A stretch of DNA of 64,000 bases, from NCBI GenBank assembly GCA_963739395.1, contig CAVUAE010000002.1, positions 26,384 through 90,383 of the forward strand, read 5' to 3'. Under the pieces are notes generated by a model that was not told where the DNA came from, did not search any database, and saw only the letters and a list, made by a program, of their open reading frames with translations. The position numbers and the translations under genes were made by a program. The stretch is from an uncultured Chloroflexia bacterium (lineage in GTDB: Bacteria; Chloroflexota; Dehalococcoidia; Dehalococcoidales; RBG-16-60-22). Positions 50,341 through 59,103 of the stretch are shown in pieces (positions within the stretch are counted from its first letter, which is position 1; every line of letters begins with the position of its first letter).

Positions 50341-50459
50341 GTCATTCCCATGAAAATGGGAATCCAGCCCCCTCGCCACCTAGATCCCGTATCAAGTCTG
50401 CCCCGTTCACGGTGAACCGTTCAGGGTGAACCCGTACCTGATACGGGGTACGGGATGAC
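50341..50459. repeat. 119-bp GTCAT-type composite hairpin element between convergent genes
   Basis: Begins GTCATTCCCATGAAAATGGGAATCC and ends ...TACGGGGTACGGGATGAC (reverse complement GTCATCCCGTACCCCGTA). It contains nested palindromes GTTCACGGTGAAC and CCCGTA..TACGGG. Confidence 0.75.
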
Positions 50460-50466
50460 TTTTTAC

Positions 50467-50949
50467 TTAATCCAAAAACTTAATCTCTGCCGTAGGTTTT
50501 TCCTTCAATTCAACCTTAATGCCCGCTTCTTTGAAAAGCCCGATAAACGTATCGTCATCATATTTTCCGAAGCTGACAAAGCGGTCGATTTTAGCATTGA
50601 CCAGCATTTTAGCGCAAAGCACACAGGGCGTATGCGTGCAGTAGACGGTGCTTCCCTCCAGACTCACGCCGTGGAGTCCCGCCTGAATAATTACGTTCTG
50701 TTCGGCATGAATGCCGCGACATATTTCATGCCTCGTGCCGGACGGAATCTTCAACTGGTCGCGTAGACAGCCTAGTTCCAGACAGTCTTTTGCCCCTGCC
50801 GGTGCGCCATTATAACCGGTAGTCAGGATATGCTTGTTTTTGACCGCCACCGCCCCGATATGGTGTCGATGGCAGGTGGAACGTTCGGCGACAACCGAAG
50901 CAATTTTTAAAAAATATTCATCAATTTCGGGTCGTTTAGGTGTCGTCAT
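50467..50949 (-). CDS. Deoxycytidylate (dCMP) deaminase / ComEB family
   Basis: HAEQNVI and PCVLCAKML zinc-binding motifs. Confidence 0.85.
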   Translation of the reverse strand: MTTPKRPEIDEYFLKIASVVAERSTCHRHHIGAVAVKNKHILTTGYNGAPAGAKDCLELGCLRDQLKIPSGTRHEICRGIHAEQNVIIQAGLHGVSLEGSTVYCTHTPCVLCAKMLVNAKIDRFVSFGKYDDDTFIGLFKEAGIKVELKEKPTAEIKFLD

Positions 50950-51497
50950 CTTAACCTCGCTACGATTATTTCTACCTGTTTTTTCAAATCACCTATTGAG
51001 CCGTTATTCAGTATGGTGAAATCAGCCATACAAATCGGCCCGCCTTTATTAAGGTTCTCGATTTCCGCACGGTCACGGCTGGCGGCTTCCCGCGATGTTA
51101 AGGGACGTATCTTACGATTACTCAAGCGCCGGTATCTATCTTGCGGCGACGCCCATACCGCCACGACCATAAATTTATCACCATAATAATCCTTAAGATA
51201 GATATACTCCTCCCAGGAGTAAAGTCCATCCACCACCACATTGGAGTTTTTAAGGGCGTTATCGATGCGGGGCACACTTAATTTCGCATAAGCCGCCATG
51301 CCATGTTCCTGCCGGATACGCTCGCGGGCTGGTCGTTCATTTTCTTCAGTCAGCGGTAAGCCCTGCGCTTTCACGGCTTCATCCGTAATATCACCAAAAC
51401 GCACCGTAGTAAAACCCTTAGCGTTAAAAAACCACGCCACCTCCGACTTCCCCGACCCCGCCATGCCGACTACCGCAACAATCTTCATACCGTCCAT
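50946..51497 (-). CDS. P-loop nucleotide kinase (dephospho-CoA kinase/UPF0200-like)
   Basis: Walker A VVGMAGSGKS. The 4-nt overlap (ATGA) with the dCMP deaminase gene indicates coupling. Confidence 0.6.
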   Translation of the reverse strand: MDGMKIVAVVGMAGSGKSEVAWFFNAKGFTTVRFGDITDEAVKAQGLPLTEENERPARERIRQEHGMAAYAKLSVPRIDNALKNSNVVVDGLYSWEEYIYLKDYYGDKFMVVAVWASPQDRYRRLSNRKIRPLTSREAASRDRAEIENLNKGGPICMADFTILNNGSIGDLKKQVEIIVARLR

Positions 51498-51560
51498 TAT
51501 AGTTGGTTGATGATTAAAAACACAACGTTTTAGAAATGTTGTGCTATACTACTGTGTAAG

Positions 51561-52820
51561 ATGAGCGAATCGGATGCGATTAATCTTGCCCCAAGTATTA
51601 AAGAACATTTATCAGAGACTCTAATTCTCTTTCTCAAGAATGCTGGAGACATTGCAGAAAAACACCAGCAGCGTTTATATCTCGTAGGCGGCACAGTACG
51701 CGACCTGCTGTTAGAGCGTGTTAATCTTGACATTGATATGGTGGTCGAAGGGGACGGCATCAAGCTCGCCCAGACGATAGCCACACAACTCAAGGCTAAC
51801 ATGACCGTCCACCCTCGTTTCGGCACCGCTAAAATTAGGTGGGGTAATCGTAGCGTCGATTTCGCCACTGCCCGCGCTGAAACTTACGCCCGTCCCGGCG
51901 CATTGCCTAAGGTTAAATCCGGCACCATTAAGGACGATTTGGCGCGGCGTGATTTCACGATAAATGCCATGGCTATCGAGCTTAATCCGCGCCACTTCGG
52001 CGAGCTTATCGACCCCTTTGGTGGCAGGCAAGACCTGAAGAAAAAATTGGTGCGAGTGCTTCACGAAAAGAGCTTTATTGATGATGCCACGCGCATCTGG
52101 CGAGCTTTACGTTACGAGCAGCGGCTGGACTTTCGCATCGAGCCCGCAACCCGACTGCTTATTAAGCGAGATATTGATAAACTAAAAACAATTAGCGGCG
52201 ACCGTATCCGCCATGAGTTAGAGTTGATATTAAAAGAGGAATTGCCGGAAAAAGTACTTTGTCGAGCTTATGAAATTGGTGTGTTGACGAAACTGCATCC
52301 AAATTTGAAGGGTGACGACTGGCTTACCGAAACTTTTAAAACGGCGCGCGAACATTGCGGTCAGGATATGCCGCATCCAGATTTTTATCTCTCGTTATTA
52401 TTCTATCGCTTAACTAAAAACGACTTAGAGGGTTTAATTAAATATCTACACTTTACCAAAGAAACAGCAAACATTTTACGCGATACCCTAGCCGTCAAGG
52501 CTAAATCCAGGGAGCTGGTGATACCTGGCTTGGCACCGAGTGAAGTCTACGAGATATTGCACGGCTATCACCTCATCGCTTATGCTGCTAACGTCATCGG
52601 CGCCGATTCCGAGACTGCTGCCGAGCATATTGAGCTTTATCTGAACGTATTGAGGCACGTTAATCCCGCCCTTAGCGGCGAGGACTTAAAGAAATTAGAC
52701 GTGCCGAAGGGACCCAAGATTAAAGAAATTTTGGCAAAACTGCGCGACGCGCGGCTAGACGGCAAGATAAACAACAAAAAGGAAGAGGAAGAGATGGTGA
52801 AGAGGTGGAGGGACAAATAA
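51561..52820 (+). CDS. cca: CCA-adding enzyme / poly(A) polymerase family nucleotidyltransferase
   Basis: LVGGTVRDLLL....DIDMVV and RRDFTINAMA. Confidence 0.8.
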   Translation: MSESDAINLAPSIKEHLSETLILFLKNAGDIAEKHQQRLYLVGGTVRDLLLERVNLDIDMVVEGDGIKLAQTIATQLKANMTVHPRFGTAKIRWGNRSVDFATARAETYARPGALPKVKSGTIKDDLARRDFTINAMAIELNPRHFGELIDPFGGRQDLKKKLVRVLHEKSFIDDATRIWRALRYEQRLDFRIEPATRLLIKRDIDKLKTISGDRIRHELELILKEELPEKVLCRAYEIGVLTKLHPNLKGDDWLTETFKTAREHCGQDMPHPDFYLSLLFYRLTKNDLEGLIKYLHFTKETANILRDTLAVKAKSRELVIPGLAPSEVYEILHGYHLIAYAANVIGADSETAAEHIELYLNVLRHVNPALSGEDLKKLDVPKGPKIKEILAKLRDARLDGKINNKKEEEEMVKRWRDK

Positions 52821-52841
52821 GTACTAAAGGAGTGTATTGAT

Positions 52842-53510
52842 ATGAACAAGGTGAAATGTCCTAAATGTGGTAGTGAACAAGTGGTTGCTATAGAACACAG
52901 AATTAGAGATTATGATTATGATCGTAATAAGTTAGGAATTAGAGATTTACCCCAAACAGATAACCATATATACGTAGGAGTAGAAGGTTATGATAACTAC
53001 TATGCAATAGCAAGGTGTTTAAATGATGAATGTAGAACGGATTACTTGGTTGAGAGACACAATCTCAGTAATCCATGGCAAGTACAAATTATGGAACCTA
53101 GAGTTGAAAAAATCGGAGAAGGTTTACCACTCCAAATAGATGAAGCATATCGGCAAGCTAGAATATGTCTTGACGTTTGTTGTCCAGATGCATCAATTGC
53201 CATGTGTAGAGTATCCCTTGATAGAATGAGTAAAGACAAAGGAGCAAAGGGCAGTACTTTAAAAGCTAGACTTGATGACTTAGTGAAAAAAAGTATACTA
53301 AAATCTTCAATAATTACAGAAGCAATAAACGTGAGAGAATTTGGTAATGCTGCTTTACATGACTTATTAGTTGAAGAAATAAGTAATGAAGATGCTGAGA
53401 TAATATGTGAATTTACAAAGGGTATCCTTTATGATATATATGTCACCCCAGAATTAGCGAGGAAAGCAGAGGAACGCAGGAAAAAAGTTCAAAAGGATAA
53501 AAACCCTTAG
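52842..53510 (+). CDS. Zinc-ribbon + DUF4145 (HEPN-like) domain protein (AT-rich gene)
   Basis: CPKCGSEQV...CLNDEC at the N-terminus. The C-terminal helical domain carries VREFGNAALHD, matching my recall of the DUF4145 R-x2-GN-x3-H signature. One hand-counted 60-nt line gives about 33% G+C. Confidence 0.55.
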   Translation: MNKVKCPKCGSEQVVAIEHRIRDYDYDRNKLGIRDLPQTDNHIYVGVEGYDNYYAIARCLNDECRTDYLVERHNLSNPWQVQIMEPRVEKIGEGLPLQIDEAYRQARICLDVCCPDASIAMCRVSLDRMSKDKGAKGSTLKARLDDLVKKSILKSSIITEAINVREFGNAALHDLLVEEISNEDAEIICEFTKGILYDIYVTPELARKAEERRKKVQKDKNP

Positions 53511-53545
53511 CAAGTAAATCAAAACTTCCCCAATAATTCGGTTGT

Positions 53546-53566
53546 CACTACGCTCCTCGCAATGAC
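53546..53566 (-). repeat. Half unit of the GTCAT hairpin family
   Basis: Minus strand reads GTCATTGCGAGGAGCGTAGTGA. No matching closing arm was found. Confidence 0.4.
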
Positions 53567-53569
53567 AGT

Positions 53570-54076
53570 CTACACTACCTTCCTAAACATGCTCGCTGCT
53601 GAACCGCAAATGGGGCATTTATCCGGTATCTCATCTTTAACAGTGTTGCCACATACCTGGCAGATGTAATAACTAGCATCTTTCGGCCGTTTACTATCTT
53701 TCATTTCTTGAAACGCTTCTTCAAATAAGCCGTAATGAATTTTCTCCACTTTATTCGCCCAATCGAAGGATTGTTCCGCCCTATCATTCCTTTCTTTTAT
53801 GGCGATTTCGAGAAAAGCCGGATACATCTCGGTAAATTCCGCGCGTTCTCCCATGCTCGCCGCCAGCAGGTTATCCTTAGTCGACCCTATAGCGTCGATA
53901 ACATTCAAGTGATTGCGGGCATGAATCACTTCCGCCTCGGCCACCGCGCGAAAGAGCCTCGCTATCTGGTGATAACCATCCTTTTCCGCCTTGTCCGCGT
54001 AAAAAAGATAGCGGCGGACGGCTTTACTCTCCCCACCAAAAGCCTCCAGGATATTCTTTTCAGTTTCGTATGCCAT
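53570..54076 (-). CDS. rbr: Rubrerythrin
   Basis: Ferritin-like di-iron domain (E..A...Y, EAEVIHARNH) plus a C-terminal rubredoxin-like CQVCG...CPICG. Confidence 0.85.
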   Translation of the reverse strand: MAYETEKNILEAFGGESKAVRRYLFYADKAEKDGYHQIARLFRAVAEAEVIHARNHLNVIDAIGSTKDNLLAASMGERAEFTEMYPAFLEIAIKERNDRAEQSFDWANKVEKIHYGLFEEAFQEMKDSKRPKDASYYICQVCGNTVKDEIPDKCPICGSAASMFRKVV

Positions 54077-54112
54077 AATAACCCCCAAAATTCGTTAGTC
54101 AATTTTACACTA

Positions 54113-54928
54113 TTAATGGTAAATAATGCGAGCCGGTTTACGCGGCGGGATACGTTTATACTTGAACATGGGATAGCCAACACACAGGGCGGCATAGGGA
54201 GTAAAACCCTCCGGCAGGGCAATAGCTTTAACCATAGGTTCGAATGTCTGTGCGGGGTAATAAAAGTAACCGTTCCAGTAACATCCCAGTCCAGCAGCTT
54301 TAGCCGCGAGGTCGAAGTAGCTTAAAGCAATAGCGCAATCCGTGGCGGCGATGGGATTATTCTTTTCAGCATAAGTTACGACTACAGCCGGCGCATTGCG
54401 GAGGAAGATATTCAAGCCCATTTCCTGTAGTCTCACTATACCCTGCATCTCCATCGCCCAGGGAGTATCACCCTTCGCCATTGAGCGGAACCATTCCAAA
54501 CCGATGGCGGTTAACTTCTTTAACTCTTCACGGTCGTCGATGACCAGCCATTGTACTTCCTGCGCATTGTGTCCGGTGGGAGAATAGCGTGCGACATCGA
54601 TAATACGTTCGATTTCTTTCCGCGGCACCGGTTTATCTTGAAACTCGCGGATGGAACGGCGACTTTTAATAAGCTGAGAGACCTGTTCGAAAGAAGGTTC
54701 ATTTTTCTTGACGATGGGCGGGCATTTTTCCAGCGGCATTTCCTGGTGGATAACGCTGTCCGTGGGACAAACACTGACGCAATGCCCGCAGCGCATACAA
54801 AACTGGTCGGCGCCGGGGTAATAACTGGGGAAGTCATTTTCTTTCGGTATAATCAGGGAGGCGCCGCAAGCGATGGCACAGGCATTGCACTTAGTACAGG
54901 TTTCTTTGTTTATTTCAACTATAGCCAT
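54113..54928 (-). CDS. Nitroreductase-family flavoprotein with N-terminal 2x[4Fe-4S] ferredoxin domain
   Basis: CTKCNACAIAC and CMRCGHCVSVCP, followed by a nitroreductase core (RRSIREF, ARYSPTGHNAQ). Confidence 0.8.
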   Translation of the reverse strand: MAIVEINKETCTKCNACAIACGASLIIPKENDFPSYYPGADQFCMRCGHCVSVCPTDSVIHQEMPLEKCPPIVKKNEPSFEQVSQLIKSRRSIREFQDKPVPRKEIERIIDVARYSPTGHNAQEVQWLVIDDREELKKLTAIGLEWFRSMAKGDTPWAMEMQGIVRLQEMGLNIFLRNAPAVVVTYAEKNNPIAATDCAIALSYFDLAAKAAGLGCYWNGYFYYPAQTFEPMVKAIALPEGFTPYAALCVGYPMFKYKRIPPRKPARIIYH

Positions 54929-54950
54929 TCTAAAATCTCCTTTTTTTATC

Positions 54951-55790
54951 TTACATTGTATATGCCAAACAAGTCTTCATGCCTTGCATCTTACAGCGTT
55001 GAAATAACTGCCTGGCTTGGGTTTTTTCTTTGAAGATAGAAAACAGAGTTGGTCCCGAACCAGCCAGGTGAGTATTAGTCGCGCCTAAGTCACGTAGACG
55101 GCGTTTATAATCCAACAAACCTTTAAAAACGTCAAAGGCGACTTTTTCAAATGCATTGGAAATTAATGAAGGATCAAATACTTTCCCCCCAATCAAAGTT
55201 GCCGCTAGCCTCTCGGTATCACTACCATCGGTGTAGTTTTGGGGCTGAATCGAGGCGAACATTTTAGTGGTTTTACCTGTTTCTACCTTAACATCAGGGA
55301 AAAATAAAACATACCATAATTTTAGTCGCGGGGGGAGGGGCTTGATTATCTCCCCTCTTCCGGAGGCTAAAGCGGTTCCCCCCTTTAGGAAGAACGGCAC
55401 GTCTGACCCTATATTTGCTGCTATTTCGTGGAGTTTTTCATCCGAAAGCTTTAACTGATATATTTCGTTAAGTCCTTTTATTAAAGCAGCAGCATCGGAA
55501 CTATCTCCGCCTAATCCAGCCATCAATGGAATATGTTTTTCTAACTTTATGTTAACTTCTGTGGCTGAATTTGGCAGTACAAGGCGTAAAACCTTACTTA
55601 AGAGGCTTTTTTCGCCCGACCACGATGAATTATCGCACTGTAAGTAAATACCCTGCCCAGCTTGAACATAGAGCGTATCAGACAGGTCTATCGCCTGAAG
55701 GACGCTGCGTATCTCGTGAAAGCCATCGGTACGTTTACCTAGGATATCCAGAGTCAGGTTTATCTTGGCAGGAGCTTTTATCATAACCAT
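54951..55790 (-). CDS. ispE: 4-diphosphocytidyl-2-C-methyl-D-erythritol kinase
   Basis: APAKINLTLDILGKRTDGFHEI and the GHMP motif PLMAGLGGDSSDAAA. Confidence 0.9.
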   Translation of the reverse strand: MVMIKAPAKINLTLDILGKRTDGFHEIRSVLQAIDLSDTLYVQAGQGIYLQCDNSSWSGEKSLLSKVLRLVLPNSATEVNIKLEKHIPLMAGLGGDSSDAAALIKGLNEIYQLKLSDEKLHEIAANIGSDVPFFLKGGTALASGRGEIIKPLPPRLKLWYVLFFPDVKVETGKTTKMFASIQPQNYTDGSDTERLAATLIGGKVFDPSLISNAFEKVAFDVFKGLLDYKRRLRDLGATNTHLAGSGPTLFSIFKEKTQARQLFQRCKMQGMKTCLAYTM

Positions 55791-55791
55791 A

Positions 55792-56670
55792 TTATTTACT
55801 CCTCATATTATATTCCTTATAAAGCGCTGCCCACTCCTCCAGTGTAAACGTTTCCGCCCGGCGTTGCGGGTCGATTTTTGCCTTAGTTAATAAAGCCAAT
55901 ACATCGTCCTTAGGTAAGGCAAGCCCCTGCGCCAGCGAATTGGCTACCTGCTTACGGGCAGCCGTAAAACCAGCACGCACAAGCTTGAAAAAACCCGCCG
56001 CATCGTCCACAATGACGGGAGGCTTTTTATAGACTTCTATTTTCACGACGGTGGAATCGACCTCCGGCGAAGGGAAAAAGGCGGCGGCAGGCACATCCGC
56101 CACTATACTGGGTTTGCCGTAAAACTGCACGGCGATACTCAATACGCTGCGGTCGCCCGCCTCGGCGACGATTATCTTAGCCACTTCTTTTTGCACCATC
56201 ACCACCATCGTTGACGGCTTAACAGGCGCTTCTAAAAAATGCCGCAGTACAGGGGACGTTATATAGTAAGGCAGGTTAGCAACGACTTTATAAGAACGGA
56301 GTTGGGTTGGGAAATGGGGGGCACTGTCTTTTAGTAAATTCGCCGGGTTGGTGCCGAGTACATCCTCGTTGAGAACGACGACGTTTTCCGTTGCTAAATT
56401 ATCTTGCAGTAGCGACGCCAGACGATTATCCAGTTCGATAGCGATGACCCAACCAGCTCGCTTGGCCAGTTCAGCCGTCATTAAACCTAAGCCCGGTCCT
56501 ACCTCGATAACGGTATCCTCACGCGTCAGGGCGGCGGCGCTTAAGATTTTCTCCAGCACCGTATCATCGATAAGAAAGTGCTGTCCTAAACTCTTCTTCG
56601 TGCGGATATCGTACTTACGCAGCAGCTTTTTCGTCTGCGTTAAAAGTGAAATTGAATCATTATCACCCAT
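55792..56670 (-). CDS. rsmA: 16S rRNA (adenine1518/1519-N6)-dimethyltransferase
   Basis: SLGQHFL and VIEVGPGLGLMT. Start moved to the ATG at 56670, because the ORF-track extension runs into the SRP RNA gene. Confidence 0.9.
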   Translation of the reverse strand: MGDNDSISLLTQTKKLLRKYDIRTKKSLGQHFLIDDTVLEKILSAAALTREDTVIEVGPGLGLMTAELAKRAGWVIAIELDNRLASLLQDNLATENVVVLNEDVLGTNPANLLKDSAPHFPTQLRSYKVVANLPYYITSPVLRHFLEAPVKPSTMVVMVQKEVAKIIVAEAGDRSVLSIAVQFYGKPSIVADVPAAAFFPSPEVDSTVVKIEVYKKPPVIVDDAAGFFKLVRAGFTAARKQVANSLAQGLALPKDDVLALLTKAKIDPQRRAETFTLEEWAALYKEYNMRSK

Positions 56671-56678
56671 AAACTTAA

Positions 56679-56950
56679 GAGGCCGTGCCTCCCATCCTCG
56701 ACTCTGCCTAACGGCTTGCCCGTGCCAGCCGACTCCAGCCAGGCTTACCTGCGGCACCCAGAATTAGCCATTTACCGCTGCTTCCTTTCGGACCTGGCGG
56801 GGTTCACGGCATTCTGCCGCGCAGGACCCAGCCTTCAACGCCACTTAACCAGGGCAGTCCCACCAGACAAAAGCCTCAAACAGGAATTCGACCCTGCTAT
56901 AGCGGATTTCAGGTACAGGGCACCGCTGGCTCCCCGTCTAGCACGACCTC
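56679..56950 (-). ncRNA. ffs: Signal recognition particle RNA, large (Bacillus-type, Alu-domain-containing) form
   Basis: The minus strand contains the domain IV core CCAGGTCCGAAAGGAAGCAGCGG. The 5' GAGGTCGTGC pairs with the 3' GCACGGCCTC to close an approximately 272-nt molecule. Ends are accurate to about 10 nt. Confidence 0.85.
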
Positions 56951-57071
56951 AAGTAAAGAGTAAAGCGTACGATTTTAATTGTCAAGAAGGAGCAAATCAC
57001 ATCTAGAACCATTGTTTAACACTCCGGATGATGTTATACTGCCTATACATAATTGTAAAAACAGGTTTTTT

Positions 57072-58166
57072 ATGAGTAAAAAGAAAAAAAAGTACTTTTA
57101 TGTCAAACATAAAACTATGCAGAATACACCAACTGCTGAAATCAACAGTAATATTGGTACAAAACACTTAGACGAATCACCTCCAAATAAAAAGTTTGAC
57201 TTCAGTATTATTTTAACTATCGTATCTCTCATTATTACAACTTTTGTTTCCAATTGGTTAAATAGTTTTTCTCAGTTTTGGGCATATATACTATTATTAT
57301 TCTCCTTTTCAATAGGACTAGCATATTTTGTACGTAAAATTGGAATATGGATGGGAAGGAGTAACTTTAAGTTAATCAACTGGATTACAAAAAATATATT
57401 TCGAGTAATTTTAGTATGGATACTAGCCTTTATAATTGCCATTCCGACTATTATTTTCACTTCACCCTATTATAAGGATTCATTATTACCGAATAATGGT
57501 TCAATAGAATTGGGACCATTTGGTAATGATTCTGCCAAAGTTTCAATACATTATGGGAAAAGAACCAATGATTTTTTCTTTACACAAGAAACTGTTGGGA
57601 AATTAAAACAAAAGCCAATATCAGTCTTAAATATTGATGGGCAAGACATTCTTTATGTACATATAGAAAATGATAAATTATTCGTAGATGCTATGGTGTT
57701 CGCCGGATATGGAGATGCTATAGCTATTAAAACATTTACAGACATTACGTTAGAAATGTCTTTCTCTATTCCTATTATAGACAATATAGATATTAGTGTT
57801 CCATTAATTGATCAAGAACCATCACTAGGAATCAAAAATGGGTTAGCTCAACCAGTTATAATTAAGAATAGTGATTATAGTAAAAAACCCAATGGCTGGA
57901 GAATACAACGAAGTGATACTGCGTTAGAAATTACTAATGAAAATAATATACCTGTGTTGGTTTTAGAATATAGAAGTCCATATGAAATAACGATTTCAGG
58001 ATTGTTTGTAACAAATATTGGCATACTGAAAGTGGATAACAGTGAAGGAGCAATATTTAAAATTGCTAATAGCCTTTCTGAATTTGGTACTTATAAAGTG
58101 GATAGAATATTTATAAATTCTATTTTTGATTTATTTAGTTCAGAGAGAACTTATACCTTTGAATGA
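57072..58166 (+). CDS. Hypothetical membrane protein (AT-rich gene)
   Basis: About 364 aa from MSKKKKKYF. It has 3-4 N-terminal TM helices, then a soluble domain with no motif I recognise. One hand-counted line gives about 25% G+C. Confidence 0.6.
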   Translation: MSKKKKKYFYVKHKTMQNTPTAEINSNIGTKHLDESPPNKKFDFSIILTIVSLIITTFVSNWLNSFSQFWAYILLLFSFSIGLAYFVRKIGIWMGRSNFKLINWITKNIFRVILVWILAFIIAIPTIIFTSPYYKDSLLPNNGSIELGPFGNDSAKVSIHYGKRTNDFFFTQETVGKLKQKPISVLNIDGQDILYVHIENDKLFVDAMVFAGYGDAIAIKTFTDITLEMSFSIPIIDNIDISVPLIDQEPSLGIKNGLAQPVIIKNSDYSKKPNGWRIQRSDTALEITNENNIPVLVLEYRSPYEITISGLFVTNIGILKVDNSEGAIFKIANSLSEFGTYKVDRIFINSIFDLFSSERTYTFE

Positions 58167-58177
58167 AAATTGCTTTT

Positions 58178-58909
58178 CTATCTCCCCACCTCCAGCCGTA
58201 AAATCAGTTGTGGAGGGAGTCCCGCCTTAGCCATTTTATCCTGCGTGGCGCGGATATTATAAGGCACGCGATACAAATAAAACCTATTATCCTTGCTATC
58301 GAAGATAGCATAGCTGGCGCGCGGGTCGCCGTCTCTTGGCTGCCCCACCGCCCCCGGATTAAGTATCATTCTTGTTTCATCCAAAGTTAGCCAGGTATCC
58401 GGCGTAAGCTCTATCGGCACAACACGACGCTGTTCCTGCATAAACACCGACGGCATATGCGTATGCCCCACCAGGCAGTAGCGTTCACCGAAAGCCGTAA
58501 AGTTTCTGGCGGCGCTATCGGTGGTTAAAATATATTCGAAAATCTGGGATGATGGACTGCCGTGTACCAACAGAAAATCGCCCTTTTGCACAGTTTTAGG
58601 CAGTTCTTGTAGATAAAGAATGTCCACTCCATCCAGTTGTAATCCTGTCCATTCGCAGGCTTCCGCTGCCGCCGGATTAAAGTAGGATAAATCGATTTTC
58701 CCGACAGCGCCGAGGTCGTGGTTACCGACGACGCAAACGGCTCTCAATTTACGCAACAGTCTAATGCATTCACTGGGGTCAGGACCGTAGCCGACGATAT
58801 CGCCCAGGCACCATATCTCATCAACGGCACCCTTGGTCTTAATGTCGTTCAGCACGGCATTCAGTGCCTCGAGGTTGGCGTGTATATCCGCCAGAATCGC
58901 GTAACGCAT
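58178..58909 (-). CDS. Metallophosphoesterase (calcineurin-like, YfcE/MJ0936-type)
   Basis: ILADIHAN, GDIVGYGPDP, GNHD and GHTH motifs. Confidence 0.8.
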   Translation of the reverse strand: MRYAILADIHANLEALNAVLNDIKTKGAVDEIWCLGDIVGYGPDPSECIRLLRKLRAVCVVGNHDLGAVGKIDLSYFNPAAAEACEWTGLQLDGVDILYLQELPKTVQKGDFLLVHGSPSSQIFEYILTTDSAARNFTAFGERYCLVGHTHMPSVFMQEQRRVVPIELTPDTWLTLDETRMILNPGAVGQPRDGDPRASYAIFDSKDNRFYLYRVPYNIRATQDKMAKAGLPPQLILRLEVGR

Positions 58910-58973
58910 TTGGACTTAATATAACAGTTTTTAAGAAATATGAAAAGAGCAGAGGGAATAAAATCCTTCTCTT

Positions 58974-59075
58974 ATCTCCCTTTTGTAAAGGGAGATGATG
59001 TTTATTTGTCCTCTCTTTTCCTTCGCTTAAATTTAATCTTTCCCCCTTTGAAAAAGGGGGATTAAGGGGGATTTT
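58974..59075. repeat. Two short GC-stem hairpin units (GGGGGA/TCCCCC family) in a divergent intergenic region
   Basis: ATCTCCC-TTTTGTAAA-GGGAGAT (58974-58996), then TCCCCC-TTTGAAAAA-GGGGGA (59041-59061) followed by TTAAGGGGGATTTT. Confidence 0.6.
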
Positions 59076-59103
59076 GTCTAGGTAATATGTTATAATTTTA
59101 GCT

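Noticed and set aside
56348-57006. ORFs 56348..56767 (+) and 56716..57006 (+), and the rsmA N-terminal extension to 56757
   Set aside because: They overlap the SRP RNA gene or lie antisense to rsmA. They are GC-rich structured RNA read as protein.
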